From Candidatus Palauibacter polyketidifaciens (lineage in GTDB: Bacteria > Gemmatimonadota > Gemmatimonadetes > Palauibacterales > Palauibacteraceae): DNA of 64,000 nucleotides. Position 1 is the first letter of the stretch. Every line of letters begins with the position of its first letter. Where the stretch lies: contig NZ_CANPVO010000011.1 of NCBI RefSeq assembly GCF_947581785.1, positions 1,850 through 65,849 on the forward strand, given 5' to 3'. Shown here in pieces: positions 8,850 through 16,827 of the stretch. Made by a program: the position numbers and the translations under genes. The notes beneath the pieces are model-generated. The model ran no database searches and had not been told where the DNA came from. It saw only the letters and a program-made list of their open reading frames with translations.

Positions 8850-11021
8850 ATGCGGTTCGCAAAGACAATATGGGGTCGGCGGCGGGCGTGGGCGGTCGGG
8901 GTGGCGTGGGGCGTCTCGTTCGCCGCGCTCCCGGTCTCCGCCCAGGAAGCGGGAACCCCGATCGACTACGACGCCGCGATCGCGCAGAGCGGAATCGACG
9001 GCAGCTACGGGTACCTTAGCGCGCTGGAAGGGTCCGCGACGCTCATTCAGGGAGACACCCGGGAGCGCATCCAGCTCTCGGTGAACGAGCCCGTCCTTGT
9101 CGGCGACCGGATCTTCGTGTCCGACGAATCGCGCATCGAGATTCTGCTCGCCGACGGAAACCCCGTTCGGATCGGGGACCGGGCGGAGCTTGTCTTCCGC
9201 GCGCTCGCCAACTCGGCGGATTCGAGCGACCCCGCCTCCATCCTCGAACTCGCGCGCGGATCGCTGCAACTCGTGGTGGCCGCGAATCCGCCGGCGGCCG
9301 AAGGGCCCTCCGTCATCACGCCGAACGCGACGATCCGGCCGCAGGGAGCGGGTGCCTTCCTGATCCTTGTCGACGACGGGGGCCGCAGCGAGATCGTCGT
9401 GCGCGAGGGGGTGGCCGAGGTCACCACGCAGTCCGAACTCGCGGAGGTTCGCCCGGGAGAGAGCCTGTTCGTAGAGGGAGCGCAGGGCGACCGGCTCCGC
9501 TTTGCGGCGGCCCCGGGTCTCCAGCAACTGGAAGCGTGGGGGCGGGGGCTCGCCGACCAGGCGGGCGGCGAGTACGCCGCTCACGTGGACCCGGACCTCC
9601 ACTACGCCGCGTCTTCGCTCGGGGGGCACGGGTCGTGGGTGCAGGTGGACGCGGGGGTCGCGTGGCGTCCGCGGGTGTCCACGGGCTGGGCCCCGTACCG
9701 ACACGGGCGCTGGCGAAACACGCCCAGCGGAATGTTCTGGGTCTCCTACGAGCCGTGGGGCTGGGTTCCCTACCACTACGGGTACTGGGACCTCGATCCG
9801 AACTGGGGCTGGATCTGGTTCCCCGGCCGCCGTTTCGCCGTGGCGCACGTCTACTGGTACTGGGGCCCGAGCTACGCGGGCTGGATTCCGTCGGGATACT
9901 ACTGGCGCCACTACCGGAATTATTACGGGAGCAGTTGGGGCTTCCACTTCGGCGTCTACGGACACATCGGGGGCGGCTTCGGGCGGTATCGGCACTGGAC
10001 GTTCCTGCCGCACGGGCGCCTCGGACACCGGCGACAGCACTTCTACTCGGTGGGCGGTTCGGACTTCGGCCGCGGGCGAAAGGCGGTCGAGCGAGGCGTC
10101 CTGCTGACGGATTCCCGTCTGCTCGGGCGGCAGGCGCAGCGGCGACCCGCGCAGACGCTGGCGAGTCTCAGGCGCGCGGTCTCGCGTGACGGGAGGACGG
10201 CGGTCGATGCGAACGGCTTCATCGATCGCGGCGCGAGCCTGCCGCGGGATGTCGAACGCGTCGTGCTACGGAGCCGCGATGGCCGGTCGGCCCGCCCGCG
10301 CGACGCGACCGCCGGAATGCGGAACGGCACCTCGCGGACGGCCGGTTCGCCGCGTGTTCGCGTGACCACGCGGTCGCCCGAGGCCGGCGCGTTGCGGCTG
10401 GAGCGGTCCGGCGCGCAGGGGACGACGCGGACCGGCGTGCAGCGGGCGACGCCGCCCGCGGACGGGACCGGAGCCCGCCCGGCGATCCGGCGGCCCACGG
10501 CGCGGGCGCGGGATGTGCCCGACGCCGTGAGACGACCGGTCGTGCGGCCCACGACGCGCACGGGTTCCGGCGGCGTACAGCGCGCGTCCCCGCGGACGGG
10601 CGACGACGGCGTTCGTCGGATCGTTCGCCCGCGGACGGCGCGGGAGTCGCCGGCCGTTCGGCGGACGGGAGGCTCGACGACGCGGCCGACGGCACGGTCG
10701 AATTCGGCGAGGCCGACCGTGCGGTCCACGCCGGCGCGACCAGCGGCGCGGCCCACGACGACGAGACCCGTGACCCGGCAACCCGCCCCGCGGTCATCGC
10801 GGCCGGCGGCGCGGCCTTCCGGCCCGTCGAGGTCGAGCGGCACCATCAGTCGTTCCAGCGGCGGGTCCCGATCCGGGGGCACGGTCCGCCGCTCCAGCGG
10901 CAGCTCCCGATCCGGGGGCACGGTCCGCCGCTCCAGCGGTAGCTCCCGATCCGGGGGCGCGGTCCGCCGCTCGGGTGGCAGCTCCCGATCCGGAGGTGCC
11001 GTTCGCCGATCGGGCGGCTAG
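8850..11021 (+). CDS. Secreted FecR-domain protein with a Trp/Tyr-rich repeat region and an Arg/Ser/Thr/Pro-rich low-complexity C-terminal tail
   Basis: Signal peptide present. A FecR-like segment follows (LIQGDTRERIQLSVNEPVLVGDRIFV...). An aromatic repeat region follows (WAPYRHGRWRN...YEPWGWVPYHYGYWDLDPNWGWIWFPG). Beyond that, roughly 300 aa are rich in Arg, Ser, Thr and Pro. Confidence 0.7.
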   Translation: MRFAKTIWGRRRAWAVGVAWGVSFAALPVSAQEAGTPIDYDAAIAQSGIDGSYGYLSALEGSATLIQGDTRERIQLSVNEPVLVGDRIFVSDESRIEILLADGNPVRIGDRAELVFRALANSADSSDPASILELARGSLQLVVAANPPAAEGPSVITPNATIRPQGAGAFLILVDDGGRSEIVVREGVAEVTTQSELAEVRPGESLFVEGAQGDRLRFAAAPGLQQLEAWGRGLADQAGGEYAAHVDPDLHYAASSLGGHGSWVQVDAGVAWRPRVSTGWAPYRHGRWRNTPSGMFWVSYEPWGWVPYHYGYWDLDPNWGWIWFPGRRFAVAHVYWYWGPSYAGWIPSGYYWRHYRNYYGSSWGFHFGVYGHIGGGFGRYRHWTFLPHGRLGHRRQHFYSVGGSDFGRGRKAVERGVLLTDSRLLGRQAQRRPAQTLASLRRAVSRDGRTAVDANGFIDRGASLPRDVERVVLRSRDGRSARPRDATAGMRNGTSRTAGSPRVRVTTRSPEAGALRLERSGAQGTTRTGVQRATPPADGTGARPAIRRPTARARDVPDAVRRPVVRPTTRTGSGGVQRASPRTGDDGVRRIVRPRTARESPAVRRTGGSTTRPTARSNSARPTVRSTPARPAARPTTTRPVTRQPAPRSSRPAARPSGPSRSSGTISRSSGGSRSGGTVRRSSGSSRSGGTVRRSSGSSRSGGAVRRSGGSSRSGGAVRRSGG
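10862..11017 (+). repeat. Four tandem copies of a 39-bp coding repeat (tccagcggcagctcccgatccgggggcacggtccgccgc), each encoding SSGSSRSGG(T/A)VRR, forming the C-terminus of the preceding CDS
   Basis: Read directly. Copies A to D differ at only 1-4 nt each, with a partial copy upstream (10841-10861). Confidence 0.85.
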
Positions 11022-11033
11022 CAGTCCGAGAGA

Positions 11034-11603
11034 TCAGGAATCCGGCCACACGGCCGGGTCCCGCTCCATCTCCGGCTCCGGTTCGACGCCGAGCGCCTCG
11101 ACCATGCGGACGTAGTAGTTGAAGAAGCCGACGACTTCGGTCGCGGTCAGGATCTGCGCGTCGGTCCAGCCGACCTCTCGCAACTCGTCGATGTCCCGCC
11201 GGGCTGTGGAGGTCGGGTCGCGCGTGATCGCCACGGCATAGTCCATCAGGCGGCGCGTCTTTTCGTCGAGCCCCGCCGTCCGGTAGTCGGCGCGGATCGC
11301 GCCGGCCAGTTCAGCGTCTCCAGTGGCCTGACGGAGATCCTCTCCGTGCGCCTCCGTTCAGTAGAAACAGTCCAGTTCGCGCGAGGTCACGGTCGCGAGC
11401 ATCTCGCGCACGTCCCGCGCCAGCGGTCCCGGCGCCAGCATCAACGCCTCGTAGAGCTGGATCGAGGCGCGCATGACGGGCGGGTTCAGGCTCTGGATGC
11501 CGATCACGTTGAAGACGCGCCCCGCGCGGCGGACGGCCTTCTCGTACTCGCGGGCCACGAGCCCTTTCGCTTCGTCGGGAGCTACCGTCTCGATATGCGG
11601 CAT
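11034..11603 (-). CDS. AhpD/carboxymuconolactone-decarboxylase-family peroxidase-related protein with an in-frame TGA at the conserved CxxC position (C-F-Y-U-T-E-A-H), i.e. a candidate selenoprotein. The ORF caller split it into two ORFs (11358..11603 and 11034..11246).
   Basis: Both fragments are on the same strand and in the same frame. A single TGA (11358-11360) sits between ...SRELDCFY and TEAHGEDLRQATGDAELAGAIRADYRTAGLDEKTRRLMDYAVAITRD..., giving the CMD-family CxxU/C...H redox motif. Joined, the protein is 189 aa. Confidence 0.6.
11318..11357 (-). ncRNA. Candidate bacterial SECIS-like hairpin immediately 3' of the in-frame UGA (mRNA: ACGGAGGCGCACGGAGAGGAUCUCCGUCAGG...)
   Basis: ACGGAG...CUCCGU can pair (6 bp) with an internal GGAGA/UCUCC helix. 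This was folded by eye only. Confidence 0.25.
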
Positions 11604-11663
11604 GCCGCCTCCTGTGGGCGATGGATCCGGGGTGCGAGTCAGCTCATCGGCGGAACCGGCTCC

Positions 11664-12692
11664 TCAGCGTACGAGGAAGCCGTCCCGCCACGGGTCCTCC
11701 GGATCGACGAGGAACTCGTGACGGCCCGTCACCCAGGCCCGGCCGCCGACCTCCGGCACGACGGCCTCGTGCCCGCCGACCGACGTCGTCTCCACGACGC
11801 GGCCGCTGAACCGGCCGCCGATGATGCTCTCGACGATAATCTCCGCAGCCCCGGACCCCTCCCCACGCGCGTGAAGGATGGCGAGGCGGCCGCTCACTGC
11901 CGTCCCCGTCGGACTTCGGTCGAGTTCCCCGTCCGCGAAGATGCAGACATGCCGCGAGTGGTGTGCGGTGTCCGCCGCCGCCCCCGTGAACACGGTGCCG
12001 TAGAGAAACCCGAGATCCGGGTCGTCCGGATGCGAGATGTGATTCGCGGCGGACGAAGACACTGCGCGCGTGATCCGGCGCCCCGCGTCGATGAGGTCGG
12101 CGGCGGCGGCGGGTGTGAGGGCGAGCCCGAGCGCGTCCGCATCGACGTACGCGTAGAAGGCCCCGCCGAAGGCGAGGTCGTACGGCACGGTACCCAGCCC
12201 CTCGACCTCCACGGCCTGGCCCAGAGCGGGCGCGAAGGAAGGCACGTTGACGAACCGGACCTCGCTGACCCGCTCGCCGTCCACGATCGCGGTGGCGCCC
12301 ACGAGCCCGGCGGGCGTGTCGATCACCACGGGCCGCTCCCGCGCCGACCCGTCGATCCAGCCGGCTTCGACGGCGATCTTCGCCACGCCGATGATCCCGT
12401 GGCCGCACATGGTCGAATAGCCCTCGTTGTGCATGAACAGGACGGAGAAGTCGGATCCGGCCCGGACGGGCGGCATCACGAGGCAGCCGTACATGTCCGC
12501 GTGCCCTCGCGGCTCCCACATCAGCGCGCGGCGGAGTTCGTCGTGGTCCGCTCGCGCGACGCGACGCCGTGCGAGGACCGTGTCTCCCTCCAACTCCGGG
12601 AAGCCCGCCACGATGACGCGGAGCGGCTCTCCCTCGGTGTGAGCGTCGATCGTCTCGATGCGAAGCCAGTGTCCGGGCGCGGTCCAGGTCAT
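11664..12692 (-). CDS. Proline racemase family enzyme with a Cys/Thr catalytic pair, the trans-3-hydroxy-L-proline dehydratase type
   Basis: HTEGEP is present near the N-terminus. The first catalytic motif is STMCGHG. The second is SPTGTAVSG, with Thr in place of Cys. Start taken at MTWTAPGHW. Confidence 0.75.
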   Translation of the reverse strand: MTWTAPGHWLRIETIDAHTEGEPLRVIVAGFPELEGDTVLARRRVARADHDELRRALMWEPRGHADMYGCLVMPPVRAGSDFSVLFMHNEGYSTMCGHGIIGVAKIAVEAGWIDGSARERPVVIDTPAGLVGATAIVDGERVSEVRFVNVPSFAPALGQAVEVEGLGTVPYDLAFGGAFYAYVDADALGLALTPAAAADLIDAGRRITRAVSSSAANHISHPDDPDLGFLYGTVFTGAAADTAHHSRHVCIFADGELDRSPTGTAVSGRLAILHARGEGSGAAEIIVESIIGGRFSGRVVETTSVGGHEAVVPEVGGRAWVTGRHEFLVDPEDPWRDGFLVR

Positions 12693-12832
12693 GTGAACTC
12701 CTCGGTGAGGCGGTGGCCCCCATCGACGGGATCGTCGTATGCTGGCGTCGCTGATCTTACACCCCGTCGCCGCAGTCCGCTCCAGCGGCGGCTCGCCGCG
12801 CTCCGCAACGGTTGCCTGCTTCAGGAGAAGGC

Positions 12833-13441
12833 ATGAAACCAAGGGCTCTCGCCGCCGAACTCGTGGGCACGTTTGCGCTCGCGGTGTCCGCCGTGATCTC
12901 CGTCAACAACCCCGGTTTTCCCATCCCGGCGCCGGCGATGGCGGGACTCACGCTGGGCGTCCTCGTTCACCTGCTCGGGCCTGTCTCGGGCTGCCTGCTC
13001 AACCCGGCGGTGACGATCGCCATCTGGTCGATCGGCAGACTCGAGGCGAAGGATGCCGGCTCGTTCATCGCGGCGCAGCTTGCGGGGGCCGGACTGGCCC
13101 TCGCCCTCGGAAGCGTCCTGTTCGCAGATCCGGTCCCGCTCCTTGTAGACGCGTCCGCCAGCACCGGCGTCGCCGAGATGCTGGGAGCTGCATTGCTCGC
13201 CTTCACGATCGGGGCCGTCTTCATGGGCCGCATCCCCGACCGGCTGACCGGCGCCGTCATCGGCGCGGCACTCGTCGTGGGAATCTCCTGGGCCGCGCAC
13301 GGATCGAACGGAGTACTCAATCCCGCGGTGGCCTTGGGGATCGGTTCCTTCTCGTTCCCCTACGTCTGGGGACCGGTCGTCGGCGCCCTGATCGGCGCGC
13401 ACCTGTCCCGATACGTCCGCGATCCCGGCGACGCCCCGTAG
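12833..13441 (+). CDS. MIP-family aquaporin/aquaglyceroporin
   Basis: Two NPA boxes (LNPAVTIA and LNPAVALG) are present. The protein has six hydrophobic segments. An AGGAGAAG RBS sits 5 bp upstream of the ATG. Confidence 0.88.
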   Translation: MKPRALAAELVGTFALAVSAVISVNNPGFPIPAPAMAGLTLGVLVHLLGPVSGCLLNPAVTIAIWSIGRLEAKDAGSFIAAQLAGAGLALALGSVLFADPVPLLVDASASTGVAEMLGAALLAFTIGAVFMGRIPDRLTGAVIGAALVVGISWAAHGSNGVLNPAVALGIGSFSFPYVWGPVVGALIGAHLSRYVRDPGDAP

Positions 13442-13480
13442 CTGGCTAGCGGTGCGTGGCGTAGCGGTCGGCGCCCGGAG

Positions 13481-13870
13481 TCATTCGGAGCGGTCCTCGC
13501 CCTCCGGCGAGTCCGGCGCCTCGCCCTCCGCGAGGGCGCGGTAGAAGGTGAGGCCGTTCATGTCGAGGTCGTAGAAGGCGAACTCGCGGGTGCCCCAGGG
13601 GGTCCGGCGCAGCGCCGTCCGCTCGTGGAAGACGCCCTGATCCCGGTATTCCTCGAACAATGCCTCGACGTCGGGCACGACGAAGCGCAGCATGGGGCGC
13701 TCGACGCGGGACCAATCCTCCGCATCGTGCCACTGCAGGTGTAACTCGATCCCGTCGCGCCTCAGTCCGGCGTATCCCGGATCGCGGGTGGAATCGGCGA
13801 AGGCGAGTTCGAAACCCAGCCGCCCGACGTAGAAGCCGATCGCCGCGGCGACGTCCCGCGACGGGAGCAC
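13481..13870 (-). CDS. Glyoxalase/bleomycin-resistance (VOC) family protein
   Basis: VQPVLPSRDVAAAIGFYVGRLGFEL... is a typical VOC N-terminus. GTG start just after the korB stop. Length about 129 aa. Confidence 0.65.
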   Translation of the reverse strand: MLPSRDVAAAIGFYVGRLGFELAFADSTRDPGYAGLRRDGIELHLQWHDAEDWSRVERPMLRFVVPDVEALFEEYRDQGVFHERTALRRTPWGTREFAFYDLDMNGLTFYRALAEGEAPDSPEGEDRSE

Positions 13871-13911
13871 GGGCTGTACCGCCTCGAGGCGGGCCGCCCT
13901 CCCCTCCCCCG

Positions 13912-14985
13912 CTATCGGTAGTTCTCCATCAGGGCGTCCAGCGCCTCGGATCCCGGACACAACTCCTCGAAGGGAAGGTCCCACAGCGGCCGGTCGACCG
14001 TCCCCAGCACGTCGTGCAGGTCCCTCGACTCCGGGTCCACGTAGAGGAGCCCGGTCGGAACCTCTCCCGCGTTCTGCCGTTCGCGCAGGTAGCCGTACAC
14101 GGCGTCCCGGTCGGTCGCGTCGTAGTCGCCCTCCACCTGCCGGAAGCGGATCACGCTGCCGTCGTGCATGCGGACGTCGCGCACATCGGCGGACGCGATG
14201 TCGGCCGTGATCTCATCGGCCGGGGGGACGAAGTCCTTCGGGGCGACGAACGCCGCCTCGACGGCCTCGCGAAAGTGCTCGCGCGTGTAGGCGTAGCTCT
14301 TCGTCGAACCCACATGGTCGTTGAACGTCACGCAGGGCGAGATGACATCGACGAGGGCGAGGCCCGGGTGCCGGATTCCCGCCTTGATGATGGGGACGAG
14401 CTGGTCCTTGTCGCCGGAGAAGCCCCGGGCGACGAAGGTCGCGCCGATCGAAAGTCCGAGCAGGGCGGGATCGATGGGGGGCTGTTCGTTCGACACGCCC
14501 CGCTTCGACTTCGAGCCCATGTCGGCCGAGGCGGAGAACTGGCCCTTCGTCAGGCCGTAGACCCCGTTGTTCTCGATGATGTAGAGGAGGTTGAGGTTGC
14601 GCCGCACCGCGTGGCACAGCTGCCCGAGCCCGATCGAGAGCGAGTCCCCGTCTCCGGAGACGCCGACGTAAACGAGGTCGCGGTTCGCGGCGTTCGCTCC
14701 GCTCGCGACCGACGGCATCCGCCCGTGCACGCTGTTGAAGCCGTGGGATTCGGACATGAAGTAGGCGGTCGTCTTCGACGAGCAGCCGATCCCGCTCATC
14801 TTCGCGGCCCGGTGCGTCGGGATCGCGAGTTCCCACGCCGCCTCGATGAGCGCGGCGGTGACGGAATCGTGACCGCACCCCGCGCACAGGGTGGACATCA
14901 CGCCCTCGTAGTCGCGCCGCGTCAGCCCGAGTTCGTTCTTCTCCAGGCTCGGGTGGAAGACCCGCGGCTTGGCGATGTACGTCAT
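13912..14985 (-). CDS. korB: 2-oxoacid:ferredoxin oxidoreductase beta subunit (TPP-binding)
   Basis: CAGCGHDSV, GIGCSS, and the TPP motif GDGDSLSIGLGQLCH...NNGVYGLTKGQ are present. Confidence 0.9.
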   Translation of the reverse strand: MTYIAKPRVFHPSLEKNELGLTRRDYEGVMSTLCAGCGHDSVTAALIEAAWELAIPTHRAAKMSGIGCSSKTTAYFMSESHGFNSVHGRMPSVASGANAANRDLVYVGVSGDGDSLSIGLGQLCHAVRRNLNLLYIIENNGVYGLTKGQFSASADMGSKSKRGVSNEQPPIDPALLGLSIGATFVARGFSGDKDQLVPIIKAGIRHPGLALVDVISPCVTFNDHVGSTKSYAYTREHFREAVEAAFVAPKDFVPPADEITADIASADVRDVRMHDGSVIRFRQVEGDYDATDRDAVYGYLRERQNAGEVPTGLLYVDPESRDLHDVLGTVDRPLWDLPFEELCPGSEALDALMENYR

Positions 14986-16823
14986 GCACCCACTCCTTCC
15001 GCGGTCTCCGCCGTGAGCCCGAGGCGGTCCTTCACGCCCGCGATGACGTGGCGCGCGCTCAGCGGGAGCCCCCCGTAGCGGAGGACCGAGGCCAGCCGTT
15101 CCTTCGAGGCCGGCGTCTCCAGCGTGAGCAGCGACTTCAACTGCGCGTCCCGGTTCTGTTCGATGACGATGTTGAGGTCGTGCGCCTCGATGAAGCGTCC
15201 GACTTCGGGCGCGAAGGGGAAGGCGCGGATCCGCATGTAGTCGAGCCGGAGCCCGTCTTCCGCCTCCATGCGCTCGATGGCCTCGCGCACCGCGCCGTCG
15301 CAGGCGCCCAGCGTGATGAGCCCGTATCGCGCGTCCGGCCGCGAGCGGATCTCCGGGGCCGGCACGGCCTCCGCGGCGTTGTCGATCTTCACCGCGATGC
15401 GGTCGATGACCTCCTGGTACTCGTCCGGCTCCTCAGTGTACTTGCCGTACTTCGTGTGGCCGGAGCCGCGCGTGAAGTAGGCGCCCTTCGGATCCTCGCC
15501 CGGGATCGTCCGATACGGGATCCCGTCCCCGTCCACGTCGAGGTAGCGATAGAACGTCTCGATCTCCGCGAGCGCCTCCGAGTCGAGCACCTTCCCGCGA
15601 TCCGGCCGGTACGCGTCATCCCACTCGAAGCGGGGCACGACCCAGTCGTTCATCCCGATGTCGAGGTCGGAGAGCACGAAGATGGGCGTCTGGAAGCGTT
15701 CCGCGAGGTCGAACGCGTGCACGCTGAACTCGAAGCACTCCGCCGGGTCCTTCGGGTAGAGGCAGACGTGTTTCGTGTCTCCGTGCGAGGCGTAGGCGCA
15801 GAGGAGGATGTCGCCCTGCTGGGTGCGCGTCGGCATGCCGGTCGAGGGGCCGACGCGCTCGACGTCGAAGAAGACGCACGGGACTTCGGCGTAGTAGGCG
15901 AGCCCGATGAACTCGGTCATGAGCGAGATCCCGGCCCCGCTCGTCGCCGTGAAGGCCCGGGCTCCGGCCCACCCCGCGCCGATCGTGATGCCCGCCGCCG
16001 CGAGTTCGTCCTCCGCCTGCAGGATCGCCGCCCGGCTCCGCCCGGTCCCGTCCTCGACGCGCAGCCGCCGGCAATAGGCCGTGAAGGCGTCGACGAGCGA
16101 GGTCGAGGGGGTGATCGGGTACCAGGCCGCGACCGTCGCGCCCGCGTAGACGCAGCCGAGCGCCGCCGCCGTGTTGCCGTCGATGAGAATCGAGTCGCGC
16201 GTGGCGTCCATCCCCTCGAGCCGGATCGGCAGGGGGCACTCGAAGTTCTCCGTCGCGTAGTCGTGGCCGAGCCGGATCGCCTCGAAGTTGGCGTCGAGGA
16301 GGTGGCGCTTCCTCTCGCCGAAGGTCTCCTCGAGCAGTCCGCGGATCACCGCCATGTCGATGTCGAGGAGGGCGGCGAGCGCGCCCGTATAGGCGATGTT
16401 CTTCATCAGGATGCGCGTGCGGCCGCCGTCAAAGGTCTTCACGCACATCTCGGCCAGCGGGACGCCGAGGAAGGTCACCTCCTCGCGCCGCAGCGTGTCC
16501 GCCATGGGCCAGCTCGAGTCGTACAGCAGCCAGCCGCCAGGGACGAGTTCCTCGATGTCCTGGGCGTAGGTCTCCGGGTTCATCGCCACGATGAGGTCGA
16601 AGTCCGGCGTGCGCGCGACGTGGCCCGACCCGTTCACGCGGATCTCGTACCAGGTGGGAAGGCCCTGGATGTTCGACGGAAAGACGTTCTTCCCCGACAC
16701 CGGGACCCCCATCCGGAAGATCGACTGCATGATGAGCCCGTTGGCGCTCGCGGAGCCCGTCCCGTTCACGGTGCCGATCTTGAGCGCGAAGTCGTTCACG
16801 CGGCCGGTCTTCATTTCGGGCAT
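14982..16823 (-). CDS. korA: 2-oxoacid:ferredoxin oxidoreductase alpha subunit
   Basis: N-terminus GTVNGTGSASANGLIMQSIFRMGVPVSGKNVFPSNIQGLPTWYEIRV is typical of KorA. Start-stop overlap with korB. Confidence 0.9.
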   Translation of the reverse strand: MPEMKTGRVNDFALKIGTVNGTGSASANGLIMQSIFRMGVPVSGKNVFPSNIQGLPTWYEIRVNGSGHVARTPDFDLIVAMNPETYAQDIEELVPGGWLLYDSSWPMADTLRREEVTFLGVPLAEMCVKTFDGGRTRILMKNIAYTGALAALLDIDMAVIRGLLEETFGERKRHLLDANFEAIRLGHDYATENFECPLPIRLEGMDATRDSILIDGNTAAALGCVYAGATVAAWYPITPSTSLVDAFTAYCRRLRVEDGTGRSRAAILQAEDELAAAGITIGAGWAGARAFTATSGAGISLMTEFIGLAYYAEVPCVFFDVERVGPSTGMPTRTQQGDILLCAYASHGDTKHVCLYPKDPAECFEFSVHAFDLAERFQTPIFVLSDLDIGMNDWVVPRFEWDDAYRPDRGKVLDSEALAEIETFYRYLDVDGDGIPYRTIPGEDPKGAYFTRGSGHTKYGKYTEEPDEYQEVIDRIAVKIDNAAEAVPAPEIRSRPDARYGLITLGACDGAVREAIERMEAEDGLRLDYMRIRAFPFAPEVGRFIEAHDLNIVIEQNRDAQLKSLLTLETPASKERLASVLRYGGLPLSARHVIAGVKDRLGLTAETAEGVGA

Positions 16824-16827
16824 TCCG

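Noticed and set aside
8433-10040. 535-aa minus-strand ORF antisense to the FecR-domain protein
   Set aside because: Antisense frame artefact. The sense strand has a signal peptide, a FecR-like domain and an in-frame repeat structure.
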